A DNA stretch of 49,623 nt. Origin: a virus (lineage: Duplodnaviria; Caudoviricetes). Location of the stretch: positions 1 through 49,623 of IMG/VR virus record IMGVR_UViG_3300028585_000031. One strand, given 5' to 3'. The notes beneath the pieces were generated by a model. That model did not search any database. It was not told the DNA's origin and saw only the letters and a program-made list of their open reading frames with translations. Both the position numbers and the translations under genes were made by a program. This document shows positions 33,192 through 42,714 of the stretch, in pieces. Position 1 is the stretch's first letter, and each line of letters begins with the position of its first letter.

Positions 33192-34291
33192 TTTTTTGTG
33201 TCCTTGTTCGGTTTTTTGATCTGGTCCACTTTCTTGTCGAGCGCACGCACAGCGGACATCACGATGCCCACTTCGCTGATGAGGTCGACCATCTTGCCTC
33301 CCGGCGCCACCTTGTCGCCGAAGTTCTTATGCACGTCCTGCGCCATCGGCCCGATATGCTTTTGCCCGCCGTCGGCGGCCGGCGAATCACTCTTGTAGCG
33401 CCAGCTTTCCACCGGCGTTTTGCGGATTCCTTCCAGCGCGGCATCGTCGCTCACCGGTGCGCGGTCTTCCTTCATGTTCTTGTCGGATAAGGTCAAGCCC
33501 ATGGCGCCGAGGCCACTACCGAGAGAACCTGCAGCGCCGAGAATTTCACCCAGGCCCCCGCTGTTTTGCGCTTTTATTTGGTATTGCTGGTTCAGGATAG
33601 ACGCCGCCGAATTGTTGCCGTTCATGGAGCCGCTGAAGCCCTGGCCCATGGTGCCGGCGGTAGCGTTAGCTGCGCCGATGGCCGAGCCAACTGCGCCAGC
33701 CGCCTGACCGCCCGCCGCCGAGGCGACACCGAACGTCTGTGCGGCTGTGCCTGGCATGCCGCGCGCGGCCGATGCGGCGTCCTTGCGCAGCATGATGCCC
33801 ATCTGCTCACGCTGGTTGCGCGCCTGATTCATAGCTGAAGCCTGAGCCAGCGCGCCGGTAGTAGCCGATTCCTCGCCAACGGCCAGCGCGCGGCCATCGG
33901 CAGGGTTGACGCCCATGCGTGCCAGGTTGCGTTGCTGTGCGTCACGCGCTTGCGCCAGTGAAGCCTGGACATCATTGGCAGCGTCGCCGGCAGCCTTGTC
34001 CATGTTGGACTGGCTGTCATACTGCATGGCCTCGTTGTTGACGCGATCCTCTATAGGCACGCCGGTCGTCTGGTAGCGGTCCCACAGCGCGCGTGCCTGC
34101 TCGTCGTTGAATTGCGATGTGGCGATCTGCTGATTCGCCAGCTTGGTCGTCAAGGCATCGAGCGCGGCCTGGCGCGGCGCCTGTTTGGCGTCGTTCTCGC
34201 GGTAGTACTGGATCATTTCACGCGACAGCGCAACGTTATCCTTGGCTGCCTGACCGATGGCCGGGTCCGGTTTGGGCGACGATGAGCACAC
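33188..34291 (-). CDS. ejection (DNA pilot-like) protein with C-terminal peptidase S74 autocleaving chaperone domain
   Basis: AGGAGG SD and GTG start, MCSS N-terminus; SDKNMKED...WRYK...HIGPMAQDV...AVRALDKKV. Confidence 0.85.
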   Translation of the reverse strand: MCSSSPKPDPAIGQAAKDNVALSREMIQYYRENDAKQAPRQAALDALTTKLANQQIATSQFNDEQARALWDRYQTTGVPIEDRVNNEAMQYDSQSNMDKAAGDAANDVQASLAQARDAQQRNLARMGVNPADGRALAVGEESATTGALAQASAMNQARNQREQMGIMLRKDAASAARGMPGTAAQTFGVASAAGGQAAGAVGSAIGAANATAGTMGQGFSGSMNGNNSAASILNQQYQIKAQNSGGLGEILGAAGSLGSGLGAMGLTLSDKNMKEDRAPVSDDAALEGIRKTPVESWRYKSDSPAADGGQKHIGPMAQDVHKNFGDKVAPGGKMVDLISEVGIVMSAVRALDKKVDQIKKPNKDTKK

Positions 34292-34293
34292 AG

Positions 34294-34905
34294 TTACCTC
34301 CTGAGAATCTTGGTGAATTGGTTTGCCACGTGCCGGTAACCCATGTAGGGGAACAGCCTGGCCATTTTGTTGCTGGTCTTCGTGTTGGCGCTGACCTCGA
34401 CCACTTCATCCAACTGGGCCAGCGCCCGCTCGACGTAGCGCACAAATTCGATCGCATTGCGTCCGCGGCGCGCGGCTGGCGCCAGGTAGAACGTGTCCTC
34501 TTCGGCCATCAGGTGGCCTGTGTGCAGACTGCGGTTGACGTACATGCGCAGATTGCCAACCAATGCACCGGCAGCGTCTCGGGCTGTGAACTGCAGCAGG
34601 CACCCCATCCTCTCGCGCTCTGCCATGTAGCCGTAGTCTGGCGCCATCGCCATGCCTTCCAGGTGGAGCTCGGTCTCGGCGAAGTGCGCCGCGTGCAGTG
34701 GCTCGAGCTCGGCGATGATGTCGCGGAACGATTCGGCGGCAAAGATCAACCCAGCGTAGTTGCACGACGCGAACCGGGCCGGGTCAATGCACCGGTCCTC
34801 ACGGTCTACGGCGGCGCAGATGATGGCGGCCGCCATCTCGGGCGTCAGCACCGAGCCCATGTGCGCACCCAGCGCGTCGCGCAGCCCCTCCAGTGTCATC
34901 CGCAT
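34294..34905 (-). CDS. GNAT-fold acyltransferase-like protein (203 aa)
   Basis: EDTFYLAPAARRGRNA...LFPYMGY; start at ATG 34905; TATAAT at 34931-34936 upstream. Confidence 0.8.
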   Translation of the reverse strand: MRMTLEGLRDALGAHMGSVLTPEMAAAIICAAVDREDRCIDPARFASCNYAGLIFAAESFRDIIAELEPLHAAHFAETELHLEGMAMAPDYGYMAERERMGCLLQFTARDAAGALVGNLRMYVNRSLHTGHLMAEEDTFYLAPAARRGRNAIEFVRYVERALAQLDEVVEVSANTKTSNKMARLFPYMGYRHVANQFTKILRR

Positions 34906-34962
34906 CCCATCCCCTTTTCCGTTGTGCAAGATTATAGGCGGGAATGCAGTGCTTGAATGCAC

Positions 34963-35409
34963 TCAGGAAACGACAGCAGGCGAATAATTCACGCCGGTGA
35001 GGGTCGATGCCAAGGTGGCCGGGTCGTAGCGCCAGGCATCAGCGATGCCGAGCGAAGCGGCCACGGCTTCCGAGCAGAACCATTTGTCGTGGCTGTCCGG
35101 AATGCAGGCGATGATGAATTGCAAATTCCCGATCACGTCGTATTTTTTGCCGACGTGCTGCTCGAACCATGCGCGCGCACGCGACTCTAGTTCGGCCGGC
35201 AGGTCGATGAAGTCCCAGCGCGCGGCATCGAAGGCGATCATCTTGAAGCGCACGCCGCCGTCTTCTAGCGAGGAAGATGCAGCCACGCCGTCGGAGAACA
35301 CCAGTTCGCAATGCGAGTAGGGCGAGCGCGTCCACCAGCGCACCAAGCGGTTGTAGATGCCCTTGATGCCGGGCCGGGTTCCCTTGTACAGCGCGATGCG
35401 AAAAGCCAT
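34963..35409 (-). CDS. permuted papain-like NlpC/P60 enzyme (YiiX/YaeF, C92 type)
   Basis: YSHCEL (His) precedes GKKYD and KWFCSE (Cys). Confidence 0.85.
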   Translation of the reverse strand: MAFRIALYKGTRPGIKGIYNRLVRWWTRSPYSHCELVFSDGVAASSSLEDGGVRFKMIAFDAARWDFIDLPAELESRARAWFEQHVGKKYDVIGNLQFIIACIPDSHDKWFCSEAVAASLGIADAWRYDPATLASTLTGVNYSPAVVS

Positions 35410-35424
35410 GTGTTTCTCCTGCAG

Positions 35425-36030
35425 TTAAAGGCCGAGCACGCCGCGCAGCCAGGTTATGAATTCGTTCCACGACGCCACGGTCGCGTCGAGTTCTTCGTGC
35501 GTAGCGGCCTCGCGCATGCTGCTCTGGTGCGCGAACCGAACATTGCGCATCTGCAGCGCAGCCCAGCGGAAGGCGTCGGCGCGCTCGATGATCTGCTGCG
35601 CCGCCCATGCCTCGGACTGCACTTGCCCGGTCGGGTTGTTGAGCGCGTGGCCGGTGATGTAGTCGGACGCGATAATCGGCTTCGGATCGGCTGCCAGGAA
35701 AGCAATTGCCGCTTCTTCAGCGCTGGTGTATTCGGCGGTACGGTTGCCGATTGCGGTTTCGTAGACCGCATCGACGTCGAGATAGGTTTGCGCGACACAA
35801 GAGGCGACACGCTCGGCCAGTGGAAGCGTTTCGCGCCATTCTGGTGCGCCATCATTCCAGTGCAAAACACAGGTTGGCCGCGGCTGAGCCGACCACAGAA
35901 TGGGTTCTTCCAGCAGGTGATACGTCAGGCCATCGTTTGGGAAATTCGGCCCATCATGCGGCACGGTGAAACGGCGCTGCATCCGAACTGCGCCATTAGA
36001 ATCAACACCGGCAAAATAATCGTAGGCCAT
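35425..36030 (-). CDS. putative tail-fibre-associated/assembly protein
   Basis: TGATG coupling to the fibre gene; EY..AE.A...F...A.QII..A...R.A....R..R helical pattern typical of genes following fibres. Confidence 0.6.
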   Translation of the reverse strand: MAYDYFAGVDSNGAVRMQRRFTVPHDGPNFPNDGLTYHLLEEPILWSAQPRPTCVLHWNDGAPEWRETLPLAERVASCVAQTYLDVDAVYETAIGNRTAEYTSAEEAAIAFLAADPKPIIASDYITGHALNNPTGQVQSEAWAAQQIIERADAFRWAALQMRNVRFAHQSSMREAATHEELDATVASWNEFITWLRGVLGL

Positions 36031-38027
36031 CAAATAGTCCCGAATTGGAATACAAACACGTCAGAGTAGTTCAATGTTCTACCGTCAATCCCAGTGATAA
36101 CCGCACTTACCTGAAAACTAATTGTTGTATTAGATGCAGGGCCAACAGCAATACCAAAACTTTTATCAGGATTTGGATCAATATAACTTGGGGTCGATGG
36201 AGGTCCGCCAATTAACCTTGAATAAGTCCAAACGACTTTAAAAGGCCCATTACTTCCAGTGATTGATAAATCTACCGAGTTTCCTAGTATTTGGTTATTT
36301 GGCCCGGCGACATAACCACCTCCTACCACAGTAAAAGAGAAAGTGTCGTAGACCGGCTGTGAAATGCGCGTACCATTCAGCGTCACGCCATTGAATTCGA
36401 AGGTGTCAGTCGATGGCCGAATGCGCAGGTATTTCCCGCTGGCCGAGCGCATGCTGAGGTACGGGTTACCTGCCGCATCCGTGCCCAGGCGCAGGCCATT
36501 GCCTACGTCGTAATCAGGCTGGCCGGACCACAGTGCCCCACCAGTGCCAAGCTCTACCGAACCGAAGAACCCTGACAGCGCAGCAAGATACGGAATGAAA
36601 ACCCGGTTTTTCGCGTTGGCCGTGGTAACGATGTCATCCGACCATGCCGTGTCTTTGGCGCCAAGCTCGACCTTGACGTTTGCAATAATGATGGTGCCAG
36701 AGGATGCTGGACCGGCGGCGAGGCGAAGTCGGGCAAGTGGAGCATCTGCGTTATTCGGCGCAGTCTCCGTGAATTTGTAATGTCTCATCGTGGCATCGAT
36801 TGTCGGCCCGATGCCATTGCTGTCAAACCCGGGGCCAGCATAGACATCGGCATTGAGTTGCCGCGTACCGTTGATGCAGTACGCATCAAAGCTGACGGTA
36901 TAGACCGCGCCCGCCGGAATTCCCATCGGCGGACTGTCAACGCCGATGTATGGGTCAGCCCCGGGCGATAGTGCAAAATACTGTCCATCCCCAAATCGTG
37001 GATCGCCATTTCGATTGCGCGATGCCGGACCTGTTGTAAAAGGCCAGCCCATGCAGTTCGGCACCAGGTTCGGATTTGATGCTGTCTGCTGGGCTAGGGT
37101 CTTCGATGCGTCCAGCACCACAGTGCCGTCTTCCATAATGACCTTCAGCGCCTGCGCGATCAGGTTCGTGACCTTGACCTGGTTGCCGACGATGGAGAAC
37201 GGCGCGACGGCACCAGCATCGGTCAGGAACTGGATGGCCTGTGCCAGGAAGATCAGCGAACTAGTGCCGGGCCCGGCCACCGGCGAATTGGCAGAAAGCG
37301 AGATACCGGCGATCACTGGCGGCTGGCCGTTGACCGGATTGGTCTGAACCTTCAGTGAGTATTGCGCGCTCAGCCCTTCGACCAGATCGGCCACCGCTTC
37401 CAGTCTCTGCTCGATCTCGGCGCTGCCGCCGCCGTCGATCTCTGCCGCCACCTGCTCGATGCGAAGCGCCACAGCGCGCAGGCCGTCGGCATAGGCTGAA
37501 TCGAATTCGCGCACGCCAGCGGCGGTGCCTTCAAGCGAGGCGGTCAATTCCGTCAAGCGCGAGGCCATTGAAAGGCTGTCGGTTTGGATGCGTCGCTCGA
37601 CGCTCTGGATGTCAGCTTGCCGATCGCGCGCGAGGTCAGTTAGCGCAAGGCTCAATTGCGTCCGAATCTCGTCCGGGAACCCTTCCAAGGTTTGAAGCGC
37701 GCCGACCTTAGCGGTCAACTCGCGGTAGGCCTTTGACTTGCGAATCAGGGTGTCGACTTGTGCGGCAGCGGACTGGTCGCCCGCCGCTTGGAAACCCCCT
37801 GTTTCATATCCTGCTGGCCCATCAACAAAGGAGGCGATGCCGGCCGTGTTCAGATCGCGGAAGGTGACAGCGCGGTCCCAGCTCGAGCCACGCTGGCCCA
37901 GCAGCACTTCGACGATCTCCTTCAGGCGCGCGAGGAATTCGACAGACAATTCCGGCGCCGGCAGGGCTGGGGTGCGCCCGCGCGCCGGCGGCAGATTCTC
38001 GTTCGGTAGGGTGGTCAAGTCGCCCAT
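36030..38027 (-). CDS. tail fibre/host-specificity protein (665 aa)
   Basis: LKEIVEVLLGQRGSSWDRAVT.RDL N-terminus, coiled coil, AQYSLKVQ..G...IAGI (DUF1983/J-like), NL.PN...VKVELG...T.W carbohydrate-binding-like module; start ATG 38027 (TAATG). Confidence 0.8.
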   Translation of the reverse strand: MGDLTTLPNENLPPARGRTPALPAPELSVEFLARLKEIVEVLLGQRGSSWDRAVTFRDLNTAGIASFVDGPAGYETGGFQAAGDQSAAAQVDTLIRKSKAYRELTAKVGALQTLEGFPDEIRTQLSLALTDLARDRQADIQSVERRIQTDSLSMASRLTELTASLEGTAAGVREFDSAYADGLRAVALRIEQVAAEIDGGGSAEIEQRLEAVADLVEGLSAQYSLKVQTNPVNGQPPVIAGISLSANSPVAGPGTSSLIFLAQAIQFLTDAGAVAPFSIVGNQVKVTNLIAQALKVIMEDGTVVLDASKTLAQQTASNPNLVPNCMGWPFTTGPASRNRNGDPRFGDGQYFALSPGADPYIGVDSPPMGIPAGAVYTVSFDAYCINGTRQLNADVYAGPGFDSNGIGPTIDATMRHYKFTETAPNNADAPLARLRLAAGPASSGTIIIANVKVELGAKDTAWSDDIVTTANAKNRVFIPYLAALSGFFGSVELGTGGALWSGQPDYDVGNGLRLGTDAAGNPYLSMRSASGKYLRIRPSTDTFEFNGVTLNGTRISQPVYDTFSFTVVGGGYVAGPNNQILGNSVDLSITGSNGPFKVVWTYSRLIGGPPSTPSYIDPNPDKSFGIAVGPASNTTISFQVSAVITGIDGRTLNYSDVFVFQFGTI

Positions 38028-39673
38028 TACAGCACCGCCTTCAGTTCTTCGGTGGAGGTGGCCAGCGCCACGCCGTTGACGATGACGGCCGCTTCGATCT
38101 CGATTTGCCAGGTGGTAAAGCGACCTGGCGGCAGGCGCACAGGCTTTCCGCTCGAGACCTGCGCGGTATGGCGCAACACGCCATCGGCGAACACGCGCAC
38201 CGTCACCGCCTTGGCGGCGCCGGCATCGGCAAACGACGAATCGACGTGCAGCCACAGCATGGCTTGCGGCTGGTTCAGGCGAAACACCTTGCTGCGCCAC
38301 AGGCTGGTGCGGCGCGCGCCGTCGGCGGGCAGCATGTCGCGCACCTGGATGCCGTCGAGCACGTAGATGCCGCTGTCGTCGGCGAACACGCCGTCGGCAG
38401 CCTGCGCCAGTTCGGAGATCGTGCGGCTGGTGTAGTCGAACACCAGGCAGCCGCGCACGCCATCGGTGCGCTTGTAGAAGGCGAAGTAGCGGCCATCGAA
38501 GCCGGCGCCCACCATCGTGGCCGGGTTGTAGGCGGCCCATGCCGCGCGGTCGATGATCCCGCTCGTCACGACCACTACCTGGCCGTTCTCGTATAGCGCC
38601 AAGCCGTCCGGGCTGGCGTAGAAAACAGCGTTCGAGATCGTCACCATGGAGCGCGCCGACACGCACGGCACCAGGTTCGGCAGCTTCTGCTCGGTCAGGC
38701 TGGCCGAGTCCGAGCCGGATACCAGGTAGGGGAATTTCGACGTACCGACGAAGGCGCTTTGCCCCATCGACACCACGCCCATGATCTTGTGCGGCAGCGG
38801 TTTGTCGTACTTGGCCGGCCATGCATAGGGCGCGTAGGGCTCGCAGGCGTGCAGGGTATTGCCGATGTAGCCCAGCATGATCCCGTTCGACATGCCTACC
38901 AGCCCCTTGAGATCGGCCAGAGGCTCAATCCAGCCGAAGGTGGCGCACACGTCGTTCAGTTCCTTGTCGAGTTTCTTGTCCTCGATGACGGTTTGCGCGA
39001 CTGGGTATTCGCCTTGCAGGCGGTAGGCGCCGGTCGTGGCGCCGGTGGCCGAGCGGTACAGTCGGCGCTTGGTGATGAATCGCCCGGCCGGCGCCGAGCT
39101 GCCGGTGACTGTTGCATAATCGTTCTGGTCGAGCGTCACCAGCGCCGACACAGGAGACGGCCGCGATTCCTCGCCGCGGTCGGTGACGAAGGTTTCGATG
39201 TAGGCGCGCGTTACCTCGTTCAGGTCGATGCCATCTGGGATTGCCGACGAAGCAATGGAAGCAAAAGCGCTGCGCGCGCTGTTGATGAGGCTGACCTGGA
39301 AGGTCTGATAATCGCTTTCCATGCGCTGCACCTCGGCCTCGATGCTGGTGCGCAGTGCGACTAGGCGATCGCGCATCTTGACGCCGTTGGCCGCCGCGTC
39401 GGGCGAATAGTTGGTGCCTGGATCGCGGTAGATGCCTAGGTCCACCTTCAGCGCCTGCGCGATTTCTTTTGCGCGTGCGGTGGCGGTGGCCAGCGACATG
39501 GCGCGGCCCGATGCGGTGCCGCTTGGCAGGATGTAGCTGAACTGCTCGGCCAGCCACGTCACCATGTCGTTTTCGTTCAGGGCCGGCTCGCCGGACGAAC
39601 TGGTGCCGATGAACTGGCGAACGAACCCTTCGACGACAGGGACGGTGGAAGTGGGGGTAATCTGCTGGGCCAT
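38027..39673 (-). CDS. tail nozzle/stabilisation protein, C-terminal part
   Basis: Y.ETFVT..GEES.PSP.S, GL..M.NGI..G..GN.L..CEPY.PYAWP..Y, YASPDGL, WRSK.F. Confidence 0.8.
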   Translation of the reverse strand: MAQQITPTSTVPVVEGFVRQFIGTSSSGEPALNENDMVTWLAEQFSYILPSGTASGRAMSLATATARAKEIAQALKVDLGIYRDPGTNYSPDAAANGVKMRDRLVALRTSIEAEVQRMESDYQTFQVSLINSARSAFASIASSAIPDGIDLNEVTRAYIETFVTDRGEESRPSPVSALVTLDQNDYATVTGSSAPAGRFITKRRLYRSATGATTGAYRLQGEYPVAQTVIEDKKLDKELNDVCATFGWIEPLADLKGLVGMSNGIMLGYIGNTLHACEPYAPYAWPAKYDKPLPHKIMGVVSMGQSAFVGTSKFPYLVSGSDSASLTEQKLPNLVPCVSARSMVTISNAVFYASPDGLALYENGQVVVVTSGIIDRAAWAAYNPATMVGAGFDGRYFAFYKRTDGVRGCLVFDYTSRTISELAQAADGVFADDSGIYVLDGIQVRDMLPADGARRTSLWRSKVFRLNQPQAMLWLHVDSSFADAGAAKAVTVRVFADGVLRHTAQVSSGKPVRLPPGRFTTWQIEIEAAVIVNGVALATSTEELKAVL

Positions 39674-39680
39674 GCCTGCC

Positions 39681-40757
39681 TTATGAAACGTAGTTGCGGC
39701 CGCCAGGATTCGGCGAGACGGAGACCGGCAGACCGGCGTTCGTGTTGCTGAAGTCGTAAAGGGCGCTGAAGATTGATGTCACCGCGCGGTTCACCGCCGC
39801 CGTCACCTGTGCTTGAACTGTCACTGGGTTGGTATAGGACGCATCGGCGGCATCGCTGCCATTGTTCGCCAGTGCGACGAATTCCTTCATCATTGCGTCG
39901 ATCTTAGCCGCCGTGGCGTCGCGCGCAGCGTCGCGGGCGCGCAGCCCGGCGTCGAGCGTGGAGCGCGTCGCGGTGATCTGCGTTTCGGTCATCAGCTGTT
40001 TAGTCGGGTCGTCCGTACGCTTGATCGCTGCCAGGTTCGCGTTCAGGGTGTCGTCGAACGCCGCCGTGGCGCCGCGCGCCGCGATCTGCACAATGCCGAC
40101 CACCGCGCCGTTGAACGTGTCCAGCCGAAATTTCAAGCGGTCATCCATTATCAGGCGGTGGTAGGGGTTGGTCGGCACGAAGTTCCCATTCACCAGCGCG
40201 CCCGCCGCGTGGAACTCGAAGACCCTGCCGCCCACCACCGGCCAGAAATTCGGCGTCGGCAATGATCCGATCGTTGCGTCGGAAACGCCAATATAGGGCC
40301 GCAACAGGCTGGCCTGGATGACGCGCACATATTCCGCCTGCTTTTGCTGGCGCGCCATTTCCGCTTCCTGCGGTCCGTACTGGGCCACGCGGTTGACGAC
40401 GATGGCCGGCGCTGCGGCTGGCTGCGGCACGCCCAGCTGGCGCACCTCGCCGTTGATGTCGATCACCTTCGGCACGCCGTCGCCGGTGTAATAGGTGCGC
40501 TCGGTGGCCTCGTTCGGAATCGTACCGCGCACGTAGTTGACCTCGGCCGCATTCGTGATGAAGGCACCGTTCGTGTCGAACCGGTACAAGGTCTTGCCGG
40601 CGGTCTTGGTGGCCGTCAGCGCAGCGGCCGAGAACGGGCGGAAGTCGGCGAAGCGCAGGTTCATGTCGCGCACCAGCGTGGCCTGACTCTCGGGAATCGT
40701 CGTTGGGTTGGCTGATGGCGCCATGCCTCCGAAATTGCGCAAAACAAGCGAGGCCAT
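39681..40757 (-). CDS. tail nozzle/stabilisation protein, N-terminal part plus unique extension
   Basis: M..L.L.NFGGMAP...P..IP..QA....D, R.YYTGDG.PK, LGVP.P..AP. Confidence 0.75.
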   Translation of the reverse strand: MASLVLRNFGGMAPSANPTTIPESQATLVRDMNLRFADFRPFSAAALTATKTAGKTLYRFDTNGAFITNAAEVNYVRGTIPNEATERTYYTGDGVPKVIDINGEVRQLGVPQPAAAPAIVVNRVAQYGPQEAEMARQQKQAEYVRVIQASLLRPYIGVSDATIGSLPTPNFWPVVGGRVFEFHAAGALVNGNFVPTNPYHRLIMDDRLKFRLDTFNGAVVGIVQIAARGATAAFDDTLNANLAAIKRTDDPTKQLMTETQITATRSTLDAGLRARDAARDATAAKIDAMMKEFVALANNGSDAADASYTNPVTVQAQVTAAVNRAVTSIFSALYDFSNTNAGLPVSVSPNPGGRNYVS

Positions 40758-41404
40758 TAGGCAGCCCCTTGCGCTTTGGCTTCGCTTTCGTCCTTGGTGC
40801 CCAGCAGGGCCAGGAACTCGGCCCGGTGCGCGATGGCGTCGGCATTGTTCTGCAGCTCGCCTTCCTTCAGGTAGGCGCGATAGAGCACGTAATGCACTAG
40901 TGCCGTCTTGTAGATATCGTCGAGGATGATGGGCGTGGATTCGGCGCCCAAGTCGGGCGGGATCGCGCAGAAGGTGACGTCAACCTGGCCGCGCCCGGTC
41001 AACGGCTGCGGCGGCGACACATAGAAGGCTTTAGGCTCGCGCAGGTCGAACGCATACTCGAGCACCACTGGGTTTGATACATCGCTGTGCCAGTTCGGAT
41101 TTTCGCGGTCCAGCGTCTCGATCGCCATGGCGCGCGGCGCGCGGCCCGGCGTTTGACCATCCTGCCCCATGTTGCGCACCAGGCGGATGAAGGCGGCGCC
41201 GGCTGCCGGCAGAAGCTGGCGCGTGCCGGCGACTAGCACCAGGGTCTGGTTCAACACGTAGGCGTCAGGCTTGACGATGCAGGCGTCGCGCTGGCCATCG
41301 TTCACGTATGCGAAGAGTTCGGCGCGCGGCCAGGTGACCGCCGCAGGGTCCTGCAGCGTTGAGACGGCTTCGTCAATGATCTGTGCGGCGGTGATGGTGC
41401 CCAT
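40757..41404 (-). CDS. head-tail adaptor (DUF6682-like)
   Basis: LQD.....W...EL..Y.NDGQ......KPDA, L..GT.Q.LP, FYV.PP, AL..Y.LYRAY.KE. Confidence 0.8.
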   Translation of the reverse strand: MGTITAAQIIDEAVSTLQDPAAVTWPRAELFAYVNDGQRDACIVKPDAYVLNQTLVLVAGTRQLLPAAGAAFIRLVRNMGQDGQTPGRAPRAMAIETLDRENPNWHSDVSNPVVLEYAFDLREPKAFYVSPPQPLTGRGQVDVTFCAIPPDLGAESTPIILDDIYKTALVHYVLYRAYLKEGELQNNADAIAHRAEFLALLGTKDESEAKAQGAA

Positions 41405-41557
41405 GCGCTTCCTCGTGGGGTTGTTCGGGTTGCCCGGGCAGCTTGGCTGGACTAGGGCCGGCCGCCCGGGTCATCGACGTTTTAATGGCTGGGGCACTAA
41501 TCGCTTATCCCCTGGCTTTCGCCGGCGCTGCACAATGCGCCACCGCCCCATGATCTT

Positions 41558-42154
41558 TCAGCAGAAATGCGCGCGCACGCGCAGCGGTGCGTTCCCGTAT
41601 TTAGTCGCCAGGTCGGTGAGGACCTGATCGATATCCATTTGGAAGGCGGTGCGCATATCGATGGCGCCGGCCATATCCGAATAGGGCTTGTTCGATTCGC
41701 GCATCAACTCGGCCTTTGCGCCTTTGGCGATGATGCGCGCGTACTTCGCAAACAGCACGTCGTCGATGCCGGTCGCTGTATTCGCCGGCGCCAGTGCGAC
41801 ATCGATCACGATCTCTTGGCCGTCGGCCGGCTCGGGGTAGATGATGAAGCTGCGCAGGCCTTGCGGCACAATGCCGCGCGCGCCCGGGTGGCGCTGGTCG
41901 GCCAGTAGGATCGGGTAGCATTCGCCGTCCAGTTTGACCTCCATGACGCGCACCAGCTCGGCGTCGAGCGGGATCGGGTAGGCGTATTCAGCCTGGCCCT
42001 TGATGGTGACGACTGGGTCGAGCTTCTGGCGCCATGCGCGCGTGCGCTCGCAGAACACCTGCGCGGCAATACGCGATGCCTCGGCGATTGCCGTCAGGCT
42101 GGCGCCGGTGATGCCCTTCAGGTAGGCGTCGTGAATCTCGATCCAGGTCTTCAT
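41558..42154 (-). CDS. head-tail adaptor/connector protein
   Basis: AA..FCERT.AW, IYP.P, L.P, Y...IA.GA.A.LM....PYSD pattern. Confidence 0.75.
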   Translation of the reverse strand: MKTWIEIHDAYLKGITGASLTAIAEASRIAAQVFCERTRAWRQKLDPVVTIKGQAEYAYPIPLDAELVRVMEVKLDGECYPILLADQRHPGARGIVPQGLRSFIIYPEPADGQEIVIDVALAPANTATGIDDVLFAKYARIIAKGAKAELMRESNKPYSDMAGAIDMRTAFQMDIDQVLTDLATKYGNAPLRVRAHFC

Positions 42155-42169
42155 CGTGGTGGCCTTGGC

Positions 42170-42640
42170 TTAGTCGGCGGCGCGGGTGGCTTCGACGATC
42201 TTGCCGATCAGTGTGGCGTCTGACCACTTGTGGTGCGCCTTGATGTCGAAGTTGTCCTTCGCAAAGGCGACCAGGGACTCGCGGTCCATAGCGGTCAGGT
42301 CAATTTTTTCGCCGGCGTCGTTGGTGATGATGACGGGTTCCGTCGGCGCTTTGTCGACGGGCGCCGCGGCGCGGTCAGCGGCCATGGTCTGCGTGACTTC
42401 GGCCTTCGGCTTGGCTGGCAGCTCGACGTGCGGGTCGACCAGCTGGAAGCCTTCCTTGATGGCGAGGAAGCGGTGAATTGCGGCAGCGTCGTCGAACGGC
42501 AAGGCGCAGGTATGGATCGATTCAGGGTCGGCAGCGTTTTCGGGCGCGAAGTGGTAGGTCTTGCCGTACAGCGGGATCTTGCTGCCGCCGGCGCGGCGAA
42601 TCAGACTCTGGATCAGGACGGATGCGGTTGGGGTGCTCAT
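42170..42640 (-). CDS. conserved post-capsid hypothetical protein
   Basis: I.S.I.R.GG..I.L....YHF.P N-terminus; short C-terminal helical (HeH/Rho-N-like) module. Confidence 0.7.
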   Translation of the reverse strand: MSTPTASVLIQSLIRRAGGSKIPLYGKTYHFAPENAADPESIHTCALPFDDAAAIHRFLAIKEGFQLVDPHVELPAKPKAEVTQTMAADRAAAPVDKAPTEPVIITNDAGEKIDLTAMDRESLVAFAKDNFDIKAHHKWSDATLIGKIVEATRAAD

Positions 42641-42660
42641 GCTGGTCTCCGTGGTGTTAA

Positions 42661-42687
42661 TGCCGGCAGCTTATCGGCTGCCGGCGG
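42661..42687 (-). terminator. GC-rich hairpin after the capsid/decoration genes (attenuator or stabiliser)
   Basis: GCCGGCAGC/GCTGCCGGC stem; weak U-tract. Confidence 0.5.
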
Positions 42688-42714
42688 GTTACGGCGCGTT
42701 CTGCGCCAGGGTGC

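Noticed and set aside
22270-38027. Diversity-generating retroelement or invertible tail-fibre cassette
   Set aside because: No reverse transcriptase, template/variable repeat pair or invertase seen in the window
38028-38822. N-terminal extension of the 930-aa ORF 36030-38822
   Set aside because: Overlaps the nozzle gene in another frame and reads as Arg-rich noise; the real start is ATG 38027
39200-40420. Split intein explaining the split nozzle gene
   Set aside because: No C/S-starting Hint block or His-Asn-C/S/T junction seen at the insert boundaries
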